The notes under the pieces were generated by a model that saw nothing but the letters and a program-made list of their open reading frames with translations, made no database searches and was not told the DNA's origin. Both the position numbers and the translations under genes were made by a program. A stretch of 64,000 bases of DNA from Dehalococcoidia bacterium (GTDB lineage: Bacteria > Chloroflexota > Dehalococcoidia > Lucifugimonadales > JAGWBF01), in assembly GCA_965197405.1 (NCBI GenBank), contig OZ240206.1, positions 2,386,183 to 2,450,182 on the forward strand. The letters run 5' to 3'. This document shows, one piece after another, positions 1-10,203 of this stretch (positions are counted from its first letter, which is position 1; the number at the start of each line of letters is the position of its first letter).

Positions 1-157
1 GCCGGTACGCCCGGACGGGCCTGCCACGTGGTGGACCTTCTCGACGAGTCCTACCGGGGCGAGGGCTAGCCAGGGTTCCCGTTTGAGGCCAGCTTGCGTT
101 GAGGGTCGCTGCTCCAGCCGCCCGGGTGTAACAGGTGACGAGGGACCCACCCGTGCT

Positions 158-1354
158 TCAGGCGAAGGCAAGGGCGCGCTGAGCGCCGGCCACACCGGCG
201 CCCCGGGCTACCTCGTAGCCTTCCTCCGGCAGGGTGCGCTCCAGGGCCGAGAGAAAGGCCAGTACGTTGCTCTCCCTGGAGGACTCCCCCATGAGGCCGA
301 CTCGCCACACACGGCCCGCTATCTCGCCCAGGCCACCGCCTATCTCGATGCCGTAGTCCGCCAGCAGCCTTCGGCGCACCCGGGCCTCGTTCACCCCCTC
401 GGGCACTGCCACCGTCGTCAGGGGATTCAGACGGTATTCGGGGTCGGCAAAAAGCTCCAACCCCAGCGCCTCCAGGCCCGCTCTCAGGGCTGTGGCGTTG
501 CGGCCGTGGCGCCGGATGCGTTCCTCCATGCCTTCCTCCATAGCCATACGCAAAGCCTCTCTGAGGGCATATATCATGGAGATGGGCGCGGTATGGTGGT
601 ACACGCGGGCCTGGCCTTCGGACCAGTAGCTCTCCAGGTCAGCCAGGTTCAGGTAGAAGCTCTGTACCCTTGTCTTGCGCTCTTTGAGGACGCTGACGGC
701 CCGTGGGCCGAGGGTGATGGGCGAAAGTCCGGGAGGCGCTCCGAGACATTTCTGAGATGCGCTGTAGGATACGTCCACGTCCCACTCGTCCAGGGTAACC
801 TCTTCTCCCCCCAGCGAGGTTACGGCATCGGCTATAAGCAGGGCATCGTAGCGGTGGGCAAGCTCGGCTATACTTGGCAAAGGGCTGAGGACGCCCGTCG
901 AGGTCTCGCCGTGGACAACGCCAAGGGCCTTGACGCTGCGATGTTTTTTCATCTCCTGCTCCAGGGGAGACAGGTCGGGGCCGATTGGCCTGCCCCAGGG
1001 GAACTCCACGGTGTGGAGATCGGCCCCGCATCGAGAGGCTATGTCGGCCATCCGGTGGCCGAAGTACCCGTTGATTCCCACGACCACCGTATCGCCAGGC
1101 TCGACCATGTTGCAGAAGGCGGCCTCCATTCCCGCGGAGCCTGTCGCGGAGAGGGGCAGCGTCAGCTTGTTCGAGGTCTTGAACACGATGCGCAGCATCT
1201 CCATCACGTCGTCCATAACTCCGAGGAAATCCGGGTCCAGGTGTCCCAGGATGGGCATGGTCATGGCCTGGAGCACCCTGGAATGCACGTCGCTAGGGCC
1301 CGGCCCCATGAGTATCCTCCGGGGCGGCTTGAACTCATTCAGATAGCTGCTCAT
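158..1354 (-). CDS. Alanine-glyoxylate/serine-pyruvate aminotransferase (class V PLP enzyme)
   Basis: LMGPGPS N-terminus, VHGETSTG, DAVTSLGG, SQKCL PLP-lysine motif, YHHT. Confidence 0.9.
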   Translation of the reverse strand: MSSYLNEFKPPRRILMGPGPSDVHSRVLQAMTMPILGHLDPDFLGVMDDVMEMLRIVFKTSNKLTLPLSATGSAGMEAAFCNMVEPGDTVVVGINGYFGHRMADIASRCGADLHTVEFPWGRPIGPDLSPLEQEMKKHRSVKALGVVHGETSTGVLSPLPSIAELAHRYDALLIADAVTSLGGEEVTLDEWDVDVSYSASQKCLGAPPGLSPITLGPRAVSVLKERKTRVQSFYLNLADLESYWSEGQARVYHHTAPISMIYALREALRMAMEEGMEERIRRHGRNATALRAGLEALGLELFADPEYRLNPLTTVAVPEGVNEARVRRRLLADYGIEIGGGLGEIAGRVWRVGLMGESSRESNVLAFLSALERTLPEEGYEVARGAGVAGAQRALAFA

Positions 1355-1432
1355 ACGATCCCTTCAATCAAGGCCCTTCAATTAACGGAGATTCCGAGGC
1401 CCCAGGGCGCTGCTCCGGATGCTGTGTACCGG

Positions 1433-2230
1433 CTAGACCACCGGGGACGCGCCGCCGTCTATGTTGACTGCTATCCCGGTGAGGTAGCTCGACCGCGCCG
1501 AGGCCAGGAAAGCGATCACGTCGCCGGCCTCCTCCGCCTCTCCCACCCGTCCGAGGGGGACGCTCCTGCCCTGGGCCAGCTGCTGGTAGAAGTCATCCTC
1601 GGTCAAATCAGGGGCCTGCTCTTTAAGCCGCTCGTAACGACCCTCGTGCTGGCCGCTCTTTATCAGCCCGATACAGACGGTGTTGACCAGGATGTTGTCC
1701 TTGGCCAGGTCCTTGGACAGGGCCTTGGTGATGGCCACACCCGCCGCCCTGGAAACGGAGGTGGGCACGGAGCCGGGACCCGGGGCTTTCGCCCCCAGAT
1801 TCGTGACGTTTATGATCCTGCCGCCGCCGGCCTCGCGCATGTGGGGTATGCTCAAGCGTATCAGGCGTATGGCCGACCAGACCTTCAGGTCGAAGTCCGC
1901 CTGCCAGGCCTCGTCCGTCACACTATCGAAGGGACGGGCATCCGCGTGGCCTGCGTTGTTCACCAGTATGTCCACCCCACCGAAATGCTCCACCGTGGCG
2001 CTGACAACCCGCTCCAGGTCCTCGGGTATCGTTACGTCCGCCTGGACCGGCATGATTACCCCTTCGGTCCTGGTCCGGATTTCCTGGGCGGCCTCGTCCA
2101 GAACGTCTCTGCGCCTGGCGCATATGGTGACTTTGGCCCCCTCGTAGGCCAGACGCCAGGCCGCGGCCTTGCCTATCCCGTAGCTGCCGCCGGTGACTAT
2201 GGCCACTTTGTCCTTGAGTCCCAGGTCCAT
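1433..2230 (-). CDS. Short-chain dehydrogenase/reductase
   Basis: TGGSYGIG, NNAG, IDGG. Catalytic YxxxK appears replaced (TSVSRA). Start chosen at MDLGLKDK. Confidence 0.88.
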   Translation of the reverse strand: MDLGLKDKVAIVTGGSYGIGKAAAWRLAYEGAKVTICARRRDVLDEAAQEIRTRTEGVIMPVQADVTIPEDLERVVSATVEHFGGVDILVNNAGHADARPFDSVTDEAWQADFDLKVWSAIRLIRLSIPHMREAGGGRIINVTNLGAKAPGPGSVPTSVSRAAGVAITKALSKDLAKDNILVNTVCIGLIKSGQHEGRYERLKEQAPDLTEDDFYQQLAQGRSVPLGRVGEAEEAGDVIAFLASARSSYLTGIAVNIDGGASPVV

Positions 2231-2311
2231 CTTGCACCCCCTTTGCCAGGTCATCAAGCAAAATCACGTTACATTATAGCATCATAGGCAAGGCGCACCG
2301 GGGAGATTCAG

Positions 2312-3868
2312 CTACCCTTCCCTGATGGCCCGTATCGCCCTGGGTAGAGCAGGGGGCAGGTCCCCTGCCAGAGTGCCCGTATCGCCCATCTCCTCCCGGA
2401 CCGCCTCCCCTGCGGCCCCCTGGAGGTACACCCCGCAGCAGGCCGCGTCTTCGGGAGAAAGGCCCTGGGCCATCAGCCCGGCTATGACTCCCGTGAGCAC
2501 GTCTCCCGTTCCCCCCGATGCCAGTCCCGGGTTGGCGAAGGGGCTGACCCTGCACACGCCTTCCGGAGAGGCGATAGCCGTGTATGCTCCTTTCAGGGCT
2601 ACCACCACGCCCCAGCGGGCGGACCACTCCAGCGCCGTCTCGGTGCGCCTGTGCTGTATGTCCGGCGTGGAGATACCTGTGAGAGTAGACATCTCTCCCG
2701 GATGGGGCGTGAGCACCGCCGCACATTTCAGGTCTCGCCACCAGCCTTCTATCTTGGAGAGGTTGTTCAGACCGTCGGCGTCAGCCACCAATGGGAGGAG
2801 GGGCCGGGGTTCTTCAAGGAGCAGCCTTCGCAGAAACTCCACCAACCCTTCGGACACGCCAAGCCCGCAGCCCACCAGGATGGAGCTGTACTGGCGCAGG
2901 TTGTGCTTTATCAGCGTGGACGCGTCGGGATGGAGCCTGCCACAGTCGTCCTCGGGAAGGGGCAGGTGGACCACCTCGGTCAGCTTCGACGCAAGGGTGG
3001 GGTAGATGCTTTGTGGCGAGGCCAGGGTGACCAGGCCCGCCCCCACCCTGGCGGCACTCTGGGAGGCCAGGTACGCCGCGCCGACATAGCTGCGGGAGCC
3101 TGCTATGACCAGGGTATGGCCGAAGGTGCCCTTGTGGGCGTTGAGGGGCCTTGGGGGCAACCTGTCCTTGACCCACTCTCCGGTGAGTAGCTCCAGGTTT
3201 ATGTCTCGGCCCAGGCGCTCAGGGATGCCGATGTCCACCACCTCCAGCCTGCCCAGCTTCGCCGCGCCTGGGAACCGGAAGTGGCCCGCCTTGGGATAGC
3301 CGAAGCTGACGGTGACATCGGCCCGTGGGCAGGCCGGGTCTACCTCGCCGGTATCGGAGTTCATGCCCGTAGGCACGTCCAGCGCCATAATCTTCATGCG
3401 GGGTCTTTGGCCTCTGGCCGCGGCCAGGTGAAGCATGACGTCTTTGAGTGTCCCCTCGAGAGGCCGCGCCTGCCCCGTTCCCAGGACCGCATCTATAACC
3501 ATGTGGGAGCGCGCAAGCTCTTTGTCGAGAGCTTTGAGGCCAGAATCGTCAGAGGCGGAGGTTTTCAGGACGCCCGTTTCCAGGGCCAGGGAGAGTTTGG
3601 GGTCCTCTCGCCGTTGGCGGAGCACGAGGTATGCCGTTACGCTAGCGCCCCAGCGATACAGGTGACGCGCTGCCACCAGGCCGTCGCCCCCGTTGTTCCC
3701 CGGCCCCACCAGCACCAGGACCCTGGAGCCGGCCACGAAGCCCAGGTCTTTACGCGCTTCCCTGGCTGCGGCAAGCCCGGCCTTCTCCATGAGTGCGTCC
3801 ATGCTCACGCCCTCAGAGACGGCGGCCTCTTCCAGGCGGCGCATCTGCTCTACCGTAACTATCTTCAC
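2312..3868 (-). CDS. nnr: Bifunctional NAD(P)HX epimerase/dehydratase
   Basis: LMEKAG, GPGNNGGDG, DVPTG, HKGTFG, TPHPGE, GGTGDVL. GTG start inferred at 3868. Confidence 0.93.
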   Translation of the reverse strand: MKIVTVEQMRRLEEAAVSEGVSMDALMEKAGLAAAREARKDLGFVAGSRVLVLVGPGNNGGDGLVAARHLYRWGASVTAYLVLRQRREDPKLSLALETGVLKTSASDDSGLKALDKELARSHMVIDAVLGTGQARPLEGTLKDVMLHLAAARGQRPRMKIMALDVPTGMNSDTGEVDPACPRADVTVSFGYPKAGHFRFPGAAKLGRLEVVDIGIPERLGRDINLELLTGEWVKDRLPPRPLNAHKGTFGHTLVIAGSRSYVGAAYLASQSAARVGAGLVTLASPQSIYPTLASKLTEVVHLPLPEDDCGRLHPDASTLIKHNLRQYSSILVGCGLGVSEGLVEFLRRLLLEEPRPLLPLVADADGLNNLSKIEGWWRDLKCAAVLTPHPGEMSTLTGISTPDIQHRRTETALEWSARWGVVVALKGAYTAIASPEGVCRVSPFANPGLASGGTGDVLTGVIAGLMAQGLSPEDAACCGVYLQGAAGEAVREEMGDTGTLAGDLPPALPRAIRAIREG

Positions 3869-3875
3869 GGACGCC

Positions 3876-4262
3876 TCAGGGCTGGCCTTCCGCCGGGTCC
3901 GGGATGACGCCCACCACAAAGGCCACGGCGTAGCCCCTGGAGTGGGAAAGGCTCAGGGCCAGCTCGGTCACGCCCAGCTTTTCGGCTCTGAGGAGTGCCC
4001 TGCCGTGGAGACGGACGGAAGGCTTCCCTCCCGGCCCTCGTATCACCTCGACGTCTTTCCAGCCCACCCCTCTCAGGCCCGTACCCAGCGCTTTCATGGC
4101 GGCCTCCTTGGCGGCAAATCGGCCCGCCAGGTTGGGTGGGCGGCCTCGGCAGTAGGCAATCTCACCTTCCGTGTATATCCTGTGGAGGAAGCGCTGCCCC
4201 CACCGCTCCAGCGCTGCCTGGATGCGGTCAATCTCGATTATGTCTACGCCCGTGGTAAGCAT
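3876..4262 (-). CDS. acpS: Holo-ACP synthase
   Basis: GVDIIEI, AGRFAAKEAAMKALGTG, LSLSH. Confidence 0.95.
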   Translation of the reverse strand: MLTTGVDIIEIDRIQAALERWGQRFLHRIYTEGEIAYCRGRPPNLAGRFAAKEAAMKALGTGLRGVGWKDVEVIRGPGGKPSVRLHGRALLRAEKLGVTELALSLSHSRGYAVAFVVGVIPDPAEGQP

Positions 4263-4332
4263 TCGTGGCGGACTCCATCATCGATAAAGGGATGGATAGA
4301 GGGAAGGACATCAAATAAAGGGGCCGCTTCCA

Positions 4333-4541
4333 CAGGGCCTTTCAATTGTCACCCCCTGTTCAAGCCAGGGGCAGGCTCCGAGCGGAGCGAGGGGCCTAAA
4401 ATCCTGACTGACCGTGCTGTTGTTTTGGCTGGTACTGCCTTGATTCCGGTTTTGTTAGGCACCATTTTTAGATTCCTCACTCCGCTTCGCTCGGAATGAT
4501 CAGGGGAAAGAGACCCGCAGATTGACAATTAAATGACCCTG
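4333..4541. mobile_element. MITE-like element containing paired REP-like palindromes (copy A)
   Basis: Ends CAGGGCCTTTCAATT / AATTAAATGACCCTG; flanks both begin GCCGCT; internal GTCACC..CCGAGCGGAGCGAGGGG and GATTCCTC..GCTCGGAATGA arms. Confidence 0.7.
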
Positions 4542-4567
4542 GCCGCTCGCGGGGATGGGAGGAGGTA

Positions 4568-5464
4568 TCATGGAGATGAGGGAACAATGGTCTGTGCCCT
4601 GGAAGAGTCCAGACTGTCCAGAAGCCTGGAAACGGAGTAGCTCCTGTTGAGGGTATACAAGTGGACCCCGGCCACGCCACTTCGCCACAACTCTTCCACC
4701 TGTGTCGTGGCGTGCTCTATACCAATCTCCCGGACGGCGTCATCGTCGTCGGCGAACCTATCCAGCTGCTGGTCCAGCTCCGGTGGAATCTTCGCTCCGC
4801 ACAGAGCGGTAAACCGTCGTATCTGGGGCGTACTCAGGATGGGGAGAATACCGGCGATTACGGGCAAGTGAATCCCCGCTCGCTCTGCCCGGTCCATGAA
4901 GTCGAAGAAGTCCCTGTTATCGAAGAAGAGCTGTGTAATAAGAAAGTCTGCCCCTGCCTCGATTTTCTTCTTCAGATAGGCTATGTCCGCCTCCAAATCA
5001 ACGGAGTCCAGGTGACCCTCCGGGAAACAGGCCCCTGCGACCCCAAAGTCGAAGTTCTCGCGTATGTGGGCTATGAGCTCGGAAGCATAGAGGAATCCAC
5101 CCTCCGCAGGCACGAACTTTTCCTCTCCTCGGGGCGGGTCGCCCCGCAGGCCCAGCACGTTCTCGATGCCCACCTCCTCCAACCGGACCAGCACGTTGTG
5201 GACATCCTCCTTAGTCTGGGCCACGCAAGTCAGATGGGACATGACTCTCAGGCCGGTCTCATCCTTGATGCGTATAACGATGTCCTCGGTCCTATCCCTC
5301 GTGCTTCCCCCTGCCCCATAGGTGACGGATACGTAGTCGGGCCTGTACACCTTCAGCCGGTCAATGGTCTTGAAAAGGGATTCCAGCCCTTCATCCGTCT
5401 TTGGCGGAAAGAACTCGAAGGATATGGTCTGTTTGCCCGTGCTCAATATGTCGCTGATCTTCAT
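4568..5464 (-). CDS. metF: 5,10-methylenetetrahydrofolate reductase
   Basis: SFEFFPPKT, VSVTYGAGGS, HLTC, LRGDPP, ITQLFFD, HLYTLN. Confidence 0.95.
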   Translation of the reverse strand: MKISDILSTGKQTISFEFFPPKTDEGLESLFKTIDRLKVYRPDYVSVTYGAGGSTRDRTEDIVIRIKDETGLRVMSHLTCVAQTKEDVHNVLVRLEEVGIENVLGLRGDPPRGEEKFVPAEGGFLYASELIAHIRENFDFGVAGACFPEGHLDSVDLEADIAYLKKKIEAGADFLITQLFFDNRDFFDFMDRAERAGIHLPVIAGILPILSTPQIRRFTALCGAKIPPELDQQLDRFADDDDAVREIGIEHATTQVEELWRSGVAGVHLYTLNRSYSVSRLLDSLDSSRAQTIVPSSP

Positions 5465-5637
5465 CTAAGGCCCCTAACACCAATGGTCGTCGAGATATGT
5501 CAAGATATAAAGTATTATAGTCATGGGGCTCGCGCTTGTCCAATCCAGGCCACGAGCGCGTCAAAGGGCCGGCCGGTACGATTGTTCGCCTATCGGCCCT
5601 ATGCTATCATAGCTAGTGCGGCAACGTTGCTGCGGAG

Positions 5638-5771
5638 CAGAGCTTTTTAATCGTCATTCTGAGGAGCGAAGCGACGAAGAATCTAAAACCCTTGATTGGA
5701 GAATCGGCCTTGACTTGCAAGAGGGATTTTAGACCCTTCACTCCGTTCAGGGTGACAGTTAAATAACCCTG
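5638..5771. mobile_element. MITE-like REP-containing element (copy B)
   Basis: GTCATTCTGAGGAGCGAAGCGACGAAGAATCT...AGACCCTTCACTCCGTTCAGGGTGACA; right end TAAATAACCCTG; 16-bp direct repeat GCTGCGGAGCAGAGCT at 5629-5644 and 5772-5787. Confidence 0.7.
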
Positions 5772-5787
5772 GCTGCGGAGCAGAGCT

Positions 5788-6678
5788 ATGGCGAAGATAT
5801 TAGATGGTACGGCCACGTCGAAGGGGATTCGCGCCGAGGTAGCCCTGGGTGTCGTGGAGATGCAGCAGAAGCACGGCGTGACTCCCGGACTGGCTGCCGT
5901 CCTCGTGGGTGACGACCCCGCCTCGGCCATATACGTGCGCAACAAGGGACGGGCCTGCCAGGAGGTGGGTATCTTCAGCGAGACCTTTCACCTGCCCCAA
6001 AGCGCCTCCCAGGATGAGCTTCTTGGACTGGTGGACAGACTCAACGCCGACCCGCGTTTCCACGGCATCCTGGTACAGCTACCCCTCCCTGGGCAAATAG
6101 ACGAAGGGGCCGTGCTGATGGCGATAAGGCCGGAGAAGGATGTTGACGCCATTCACCCCGTGAACGTGGGCAAGTTGGCCCAGGGGAACGCCGACTTTGT
6201 GCCAGGCACCCCTGGCGGCGTCCAGCAGCTCCTCCTGCGCAATGGTTATGACCCCGGAGGGAAGCACGTAGTCATATGTGGACGGAGCAATATCGTCGGC
6301 AAGCCGTTGGCCATGCTGCTGACGCAGAAGCGGGCGGGCGCCAATGCCACGGTGACCATATGCCACACCGGTACGCCTGACCTGGGCAAGATGACGCGCC
6401 AGGCCGATATTCTCGTGGCTGCTATGGGGAGTCCCAAGACCATCACCCCGGACATGGTGAAGGAGCAGGCAGTCGTGGTGGACGTGGGCATAAACCGCGT
6501 CGCGGACCCCACCCGCAAGAGCGGTTACCGGCTGGAGGGGGACGTGGACTTCGAGGCCGTCTCGGAAAAGGTGGAGGCCATAGCGCCTGTGCCCGGTGGC
6601 GTGGGTCCCATGACCATAGCGCTGCTGCTGGTCAACACTGTCACAGCCGCCCGAATAAGCATCCACGGCAGGCCATAA
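5788..6678 (+). CDS. folD: Methylenetetrahydrofolate dehydrogenase/cyclohydrolase
   Basis: YVRNK, GILVQLPLP, KDVD, GRSNIVGKP, PVPGGVGPMT. Confidence 0.96.
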   Translation: MAKILDGTATSKGIRAEVALGVVEMQQKHGVTPGLAAVLVGDDPASAIYVRNKGRACQEVGIFSETFHLPQSASQDELLGLVDRLNADPRFHGILVQLPLPGQIDEGAVLMAIRPEKDVDAIHPVNVGKLAQGNADFVPGTPGGVQQLLLRNGYDPGGKHVVICGRSNIVGKPLAMLLTQKRAGANATVTICHTGTPDLGKMTRQADILVAAMGSPKTITPDMVKEQAVVVDVGINRVADPTRKSGYRLEGDVDFEAVSEKVEAIAPVPGGVGPMTIALLLVNTVTAARISIHGRP

Positions 6679-6704
6679 TTTCACGGGGACATCCCATCTG
6701 TGAT

Positions 6705-7742
6705 ATGCGGACCAGCGACTTCGATTACTACCTGCCGCCTCATCTCATAGCCCAGGCCCCGGTGGAGCCCAGGGACTCATCCCGCCTCCTTGTGCTTCAC
6801 AGAGGCACGGGCCGCATGGAGCACAAGCGTTTCCCCGACCTGGTGGGCTATTTGAGAGAGGGAGACGTGCTGGTCTTCAATGACAGTCGCGTCATTCCCG
6901 CCAGGCTGCACGGCATCCAGGAAGGCACTGGCGGGAGGGTGGAGCTTTTGCTGCTGCTCCGGCTCCGGCCCGGTATATGGAAGTGCCTCGGGAGGCCGGG
7001 GCGGCGTCTCAGGCCGGGGAGCCGCTTCCGCATAGAGGGGGACTCGCCCACGGAGCTATGGGTAGAGGTGCTCGAAGCTGCCGGGGATGGAGTCAGGACG
7101 GTCCGGCTCTCTTCCGAGGATGGGATAGAGGGAGCGGGCCGGATACCCCTGCCCCCCTACATCCATACACCCCTGGACGACCCGGAAAGATACCAGACGG
7201 TCTACGCCAGGGCGCCGGGCAGCGTGGCCGCACCCACCGCCGGGCTGCACTTCACGCCGGAGCTTCTTGAAGCTTTGAAAGCCGGGGGCGTGCGGGAGGT
7301 GTACATCACCCTTCACGTGGGCCTGGATACCTTCCGGCCCGTTCACGGAGAGGACCCGGAAGAGCACAAGATACACGGCGAATACTTCGAGATAGACGCG
7401 GAGGCCGCCGCCCAGCTAAACGCCGCCCGCAGGGAGGGGCGCAGGGTCATAGCCGTGGGCACCACCTCGGTGCGTGTGCTGGAGCAGGCCGCCCTCCACG
7501 CGGAGGACAGGGGTTCCAAGGAGCTTGTGCCCACCTCCGACTGGGCGGAGCTATACATACTGCCCGGCCATCGCTTCCGCGCGGTGGACGCCATGATAAC
7601 CAACTTCCACCTGCCACGGACCACCCTGTTGATGCTGGTGAGCGCCTTCGCCGGGCGGGAGCGCATCCTGAGCGCCTACGAGGAGGCCATCGCCAGAGAG
7701 TACCGCTTCTACTCCTTCGGGGATGGGATGCTGCTCCTGTAG
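6705..7742 (+). CDS. queA: SAM:tRNA ribosyltransferase-isomerase
   Basis: FDYYLP, PLPPYI, YQTVYA, AAPTAGLHF, TNFHLP, YRFYSFGDGM. Confidence 0.96.
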   Translation: MRTSDFDYYLPPHLIAQAPVEPRDSSRLLVLHRGTGRMEHKRFPDLVGYLREGDVLVFNDSRVIPARLHGIQEGTGGRVELLLLLRLRPGIWKCLGRPGRRLRPGSRFRIEGDSPTELWVEVLEAAGDGVRTVRLSSEDGIEGAGRIPLPPYIHTPLDDPERYQTVYARAPGSVAAPTAGLHFTPELLEALKAGGVREVYITLHVGLDTFRPVHGEDPEEHKIHGEYFEIDAEAAAQLNAARREGRRVIAVGTTSVRVLEQAALHAEDRGSKELVPTSDWAELYILPGHRFRAVDAMITNFHLPRTTLLMLVSAFAGRERILSAYEEAIAREYRFYSFGDGMLLL

Positions 7743-7762
7743 AGAGGAATCGGCGTATCTAA

Positions 7763-7949
7763 GAGGGTGTTTCCAAAGCAATTGCAGCCCATCCCTGTCA
7801 TTCCGAACGGAGTGAGGAATCTAAAATGCTTGGGCAACAGCACGTCCAAGAAAGCAAGGATTTTAGACCCTTCGCTTCGCTCAGAGCCTGCCCCTGGCTT
7901 GAACAGGGGGTGACAGGTGACCGGTTGCGAGGACTTATTAAACACCCTC
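7763..7949. mobile_element. MITE-like REP-containing element (copy C) with different, IS5-like ends
   Basis: TIR GAGGGTGTTT / AAACACCCTC flanked by TAA on both sides (7760-7762, 7950-7952); same REP core as copies A, B, D, E. Confidence 0.7.
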
Positions 7950-8042
7950 TAAGCGCAGACCACCGTGCCCGCAGGGTTGACGGCCCTATCAGCGTGCCGC
8001 ATACTCATCTCCGTACATGATTATCCGCACGGGGAGAGAGAT

Positions 8043-8291
8043 ATGCCACGGCTGGATGTACGGTTGGATGCCGAGCGGCGACGGCGGCTGGAGGAGCTCG
8101 TCGCGCGTAGAGGCGCGCCCATCTCCGAGGTGGTGCGACACCTGATTGACGACGCCTATGAAGGCGTCATGTGGGAGCGTCGCAGAGAAGCGGTCGGGCG
8201 GTTGGTAAAGCTGGAGGTGGAGGACCCGCCGGATGCCGCCACGCTCTCTCGGTCGTTGGAGGCGGCCCATGCGCCTGACGGCCTTTATTGA
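8043..8291 (+). CDS. RHH/CopG-type antitoxin (VapB-like)
   Basis: RLDVRLD..ISEVVRHLID ribbon-helix-helix pattern; overlaps the downstream PIN gene. Confidence 0.7.
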   Translation: MPRLDVRLDAERRRRLEELVARRGAPISEVVRHLIDDAYEGVMWERRREAVGRLVKLEVEDPPDAATLSRSLEAAHAPDGLY

Positions 8292-8751
8292 CACCAATGT
8301 CCCCATCTACGCCTCCGGCAGGGAGCACGTGAACAAAGAGCCGTGCGCCAGGGTCCTGATGATGGCGGCAGAACACCCACTGTCGTTTGTGACTGACGCC
8401 GAGGTCTTTCAGGAGCTTATGTATTACTACCTGGCCTCGGAGCGATGGGCCTTGGGAAGAGAAGTCCTTCGGGATTTCTCCGAGGTGATGCATGACCGTA
8501 TCGAACCCGTCTACGTGAAGGACATCCTTTCGGCGTCGAGGCAGACCCGCCACCATCCGGGGATAAGCGCCCGGGACCTCGTCCATGCGACGGTGATGCA
8601 GCGCTTGCGGACCCACTTGGTCATCTCCACCGACACCGGCTTTGACCGCCTGCCGGACATAACCCGGCTGGACCCTGCCCGCGTGGGAGAATGGGGCGAT
8701 TCCATGCTGTCCAGCGAGGGCCGCTGGGGGAAACTGTGCGAGGGAACGTAA
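8269..8751 (+). CDS. vapC: PIN-domain toxin (VapC-like)
   Basis: FIDTNVPIY, EVFQE, SARDLVH, STDTGFD acidic motifs. Confidence 0.85.
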   Translation: MRLTAFIDTNVPIYASGREHVNKEPCARVLMMAAEHPLSFVTDAEVFQELMYYYLASERWALGREVLRDFSEVMHDRIEPVYVKDILSASRQTRHHPGISARDLVHATVMQRLRTHLVISTDTGFDRLPDITRLDPARVGEWGDSMLSSEGRWGKLCEGT

Positions 8752-8757
8752 AGACTG

Positions 8758-8863
8758 TCATTATGCGGTAGGGGTCGTTGGCCCGGCCTTCACCCCGCCG
8801 TGAAGGCCAAGGTTCAGGCGCAGGCTGCCCCACTCGAAGTTGGCCCGGTATCCCTTCCGGCTG
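8758..8863. repeat. Near-identical copy of an internal segment of the VOC gene (10679-10785)
   Basis: TCATTATGCGGTAGGGGTCGTTGGCCCGG...TCCCTTCCGGCTG at both places, with a few substitutions and a 1-nt deletion. Confidence 0.9.
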
Positions 8864-10070
8864 TGAACCTTGTCGCTTCCTCCGAACCGCCTGTGGCATC
8901 CCCTTCGCTGTAGGAGTGAGCTCCTGCCCCGGCAAGGGCGCCCCCCTGGACAATCAGGTACTCCTCCCTGATTGGCCGTCCATCCAACCAGCACTCCAGA
9001 ATCTCACGGACTCCCGCCGAGTAGCGGGCTTGGGCTGAAAGAGAGGTACCCGAGGTGTGGGGGGTCATGGCGTGGTTGGGCATGGCTCTCCAGGGATGGT
9101 CATTCGGAGCCGGCTGAGGAAACCAGACATCGCCCGCATACCCTGCCAGGTGGCCGCTTTCCAAAGCTCTTACGATGGCGTCCCGGTCACAGATTTTGCC
9201 GCGGGCAGTGTTTACGATATAGGAGCCGCGTTTCATCTTGCTAATCAGGGCATCGTTGAACATATTCTCAGTCTCGGGATGCAGGGGACAATGGATGCTG
9301 ACCACATCGCACACACTGACCAGCGACTCAACCGTTTCATGGAACGTCAGTCCCAGCTCTTGCTCTACATCGGCGGTAAGCCGGCGCCTGTCGGTGTAGT
9401 GGAGAGCGACATCGAAAGGCTTCATTCGTCTCAGGACCGCCAGGCCGATCCTGCCGGCCGCCACCACACCCACGTCCATTCCCTCAATGTCGTAAGACCT
9501 GGAAACGGCGTCGGCAATGTTCCAGCCGCCCCTGACCACCCAACCGTACTGGGGAATGTAGTCCCTGACCAGCGCCAGCATCTGCATGACCGCATGTTCC
9601 GCGACGCTTATGCTGTTGGACCAAGTCACTTCACACACGGTGATGTTCCTGTCAATGGCTGCCTGAAGATCAACGTGGTCCGACCCAATGCCGGCGGTTA
9701 TGGCTAGCTTGAGATTGGAAGCCTTTTCAATGCGCTCGGCGGTGAGGTATCCGGGCCAGAAGGGTTGGGAGATGATTATATCGGCATCGGCCAACTCTCT
9801 TTCGAAAACGGAATCGGGTCCATCCTTGTCCGCCGTTACGACGAACCGGTGTCCCCGTTCAGCCAGGAATCTCTCCAGCCCAAGCCCGCCCGAAACGGAC
9901 CCCAGGAGGTGTCCAGGGGTGAAGCCTATGGAGGCCGGTGAGGGTAAGGTCTGACCGTCCGGATAGCGAGTAAGGTTGGGTATACTCTCCCGGGCATAGT
10001 CCGGGGGAAACCCTGTCAACGGGTCGGGATAGAGAACACAGAGCACTTTCTGAGCAGAAGAGGAACTCAT
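8814..10070 (-). CDS. fdh: NAD-dependent formate dehydrogenase
   Basis: KVLCVLYPDP, ISQPFWP, AGIGSDHVDL, AAGRIG, YAGDVWFPQP, TPHTSG. Confidence 0.93.
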   Translation of the reverse strand: MSSSSAQKVLCVLYPDPLTGFPPDYARESIPNLTRYPDGQTLPSPASIGFTPGHLLGSVSGGLGLERFLAERGHRFVVTADKDGPDSVFERELADADIIISQPFWPGYLTAERIEKASNLKLAITAGIGSDHVDLQAAIDRNITVCEVTWSNSISVAEHAVMQMLALVRDYIPQYGWVVRGGWNIADAVSRSYDIEGMDVGVVAAGRIGLAVLRRMKPFDVALHYTDRRRLTADVEQELGLTFHETVESLVSVCDVVSIHCPLHPETENMFNDALISKMKRGSYIVNTARGKICDRDAIVRALESGHLAGYAGDVWFPQPAPNDHPWRAMPNHAMTPHTSGTSLSAQARYSAGVREILECWLDGRPIREEYLIVQGGALAGAGAHSYSEGDATGGSEEATRFTAGRDTGPTSSGAACA

Positions 10071-10203
10071 CTCAACCCCCTAGATCCAGTTTCACACGGT
10101 GTAAATCAGACCAGCCTGCCCCTAATCTTTGTACCACATGCGCCGCCGTCCTGCAAGGTCAGGGACCGCGGGCAGGCCGAATGCGTCATTGAGCGGCCGC
10201 GCA

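Noticed and set aside
1..68. 3' end of a plus-strand gene (..HVVDLLDESYRGEG*)
   Set aside because: Too short to assign a product.
1369..1420. CAAGGCCCTTCAATT resembling a MITE end
   Set aside because: No REP core or matching opposite end seen.
83..2287. 734-aa plus-strand ORF
   Set aside because: Antisense shadow of two well-supported minus-strand genes; common at high GC. The same applies to 12335-13537, 19359-20507, 37091-38293 and 39562-40953.
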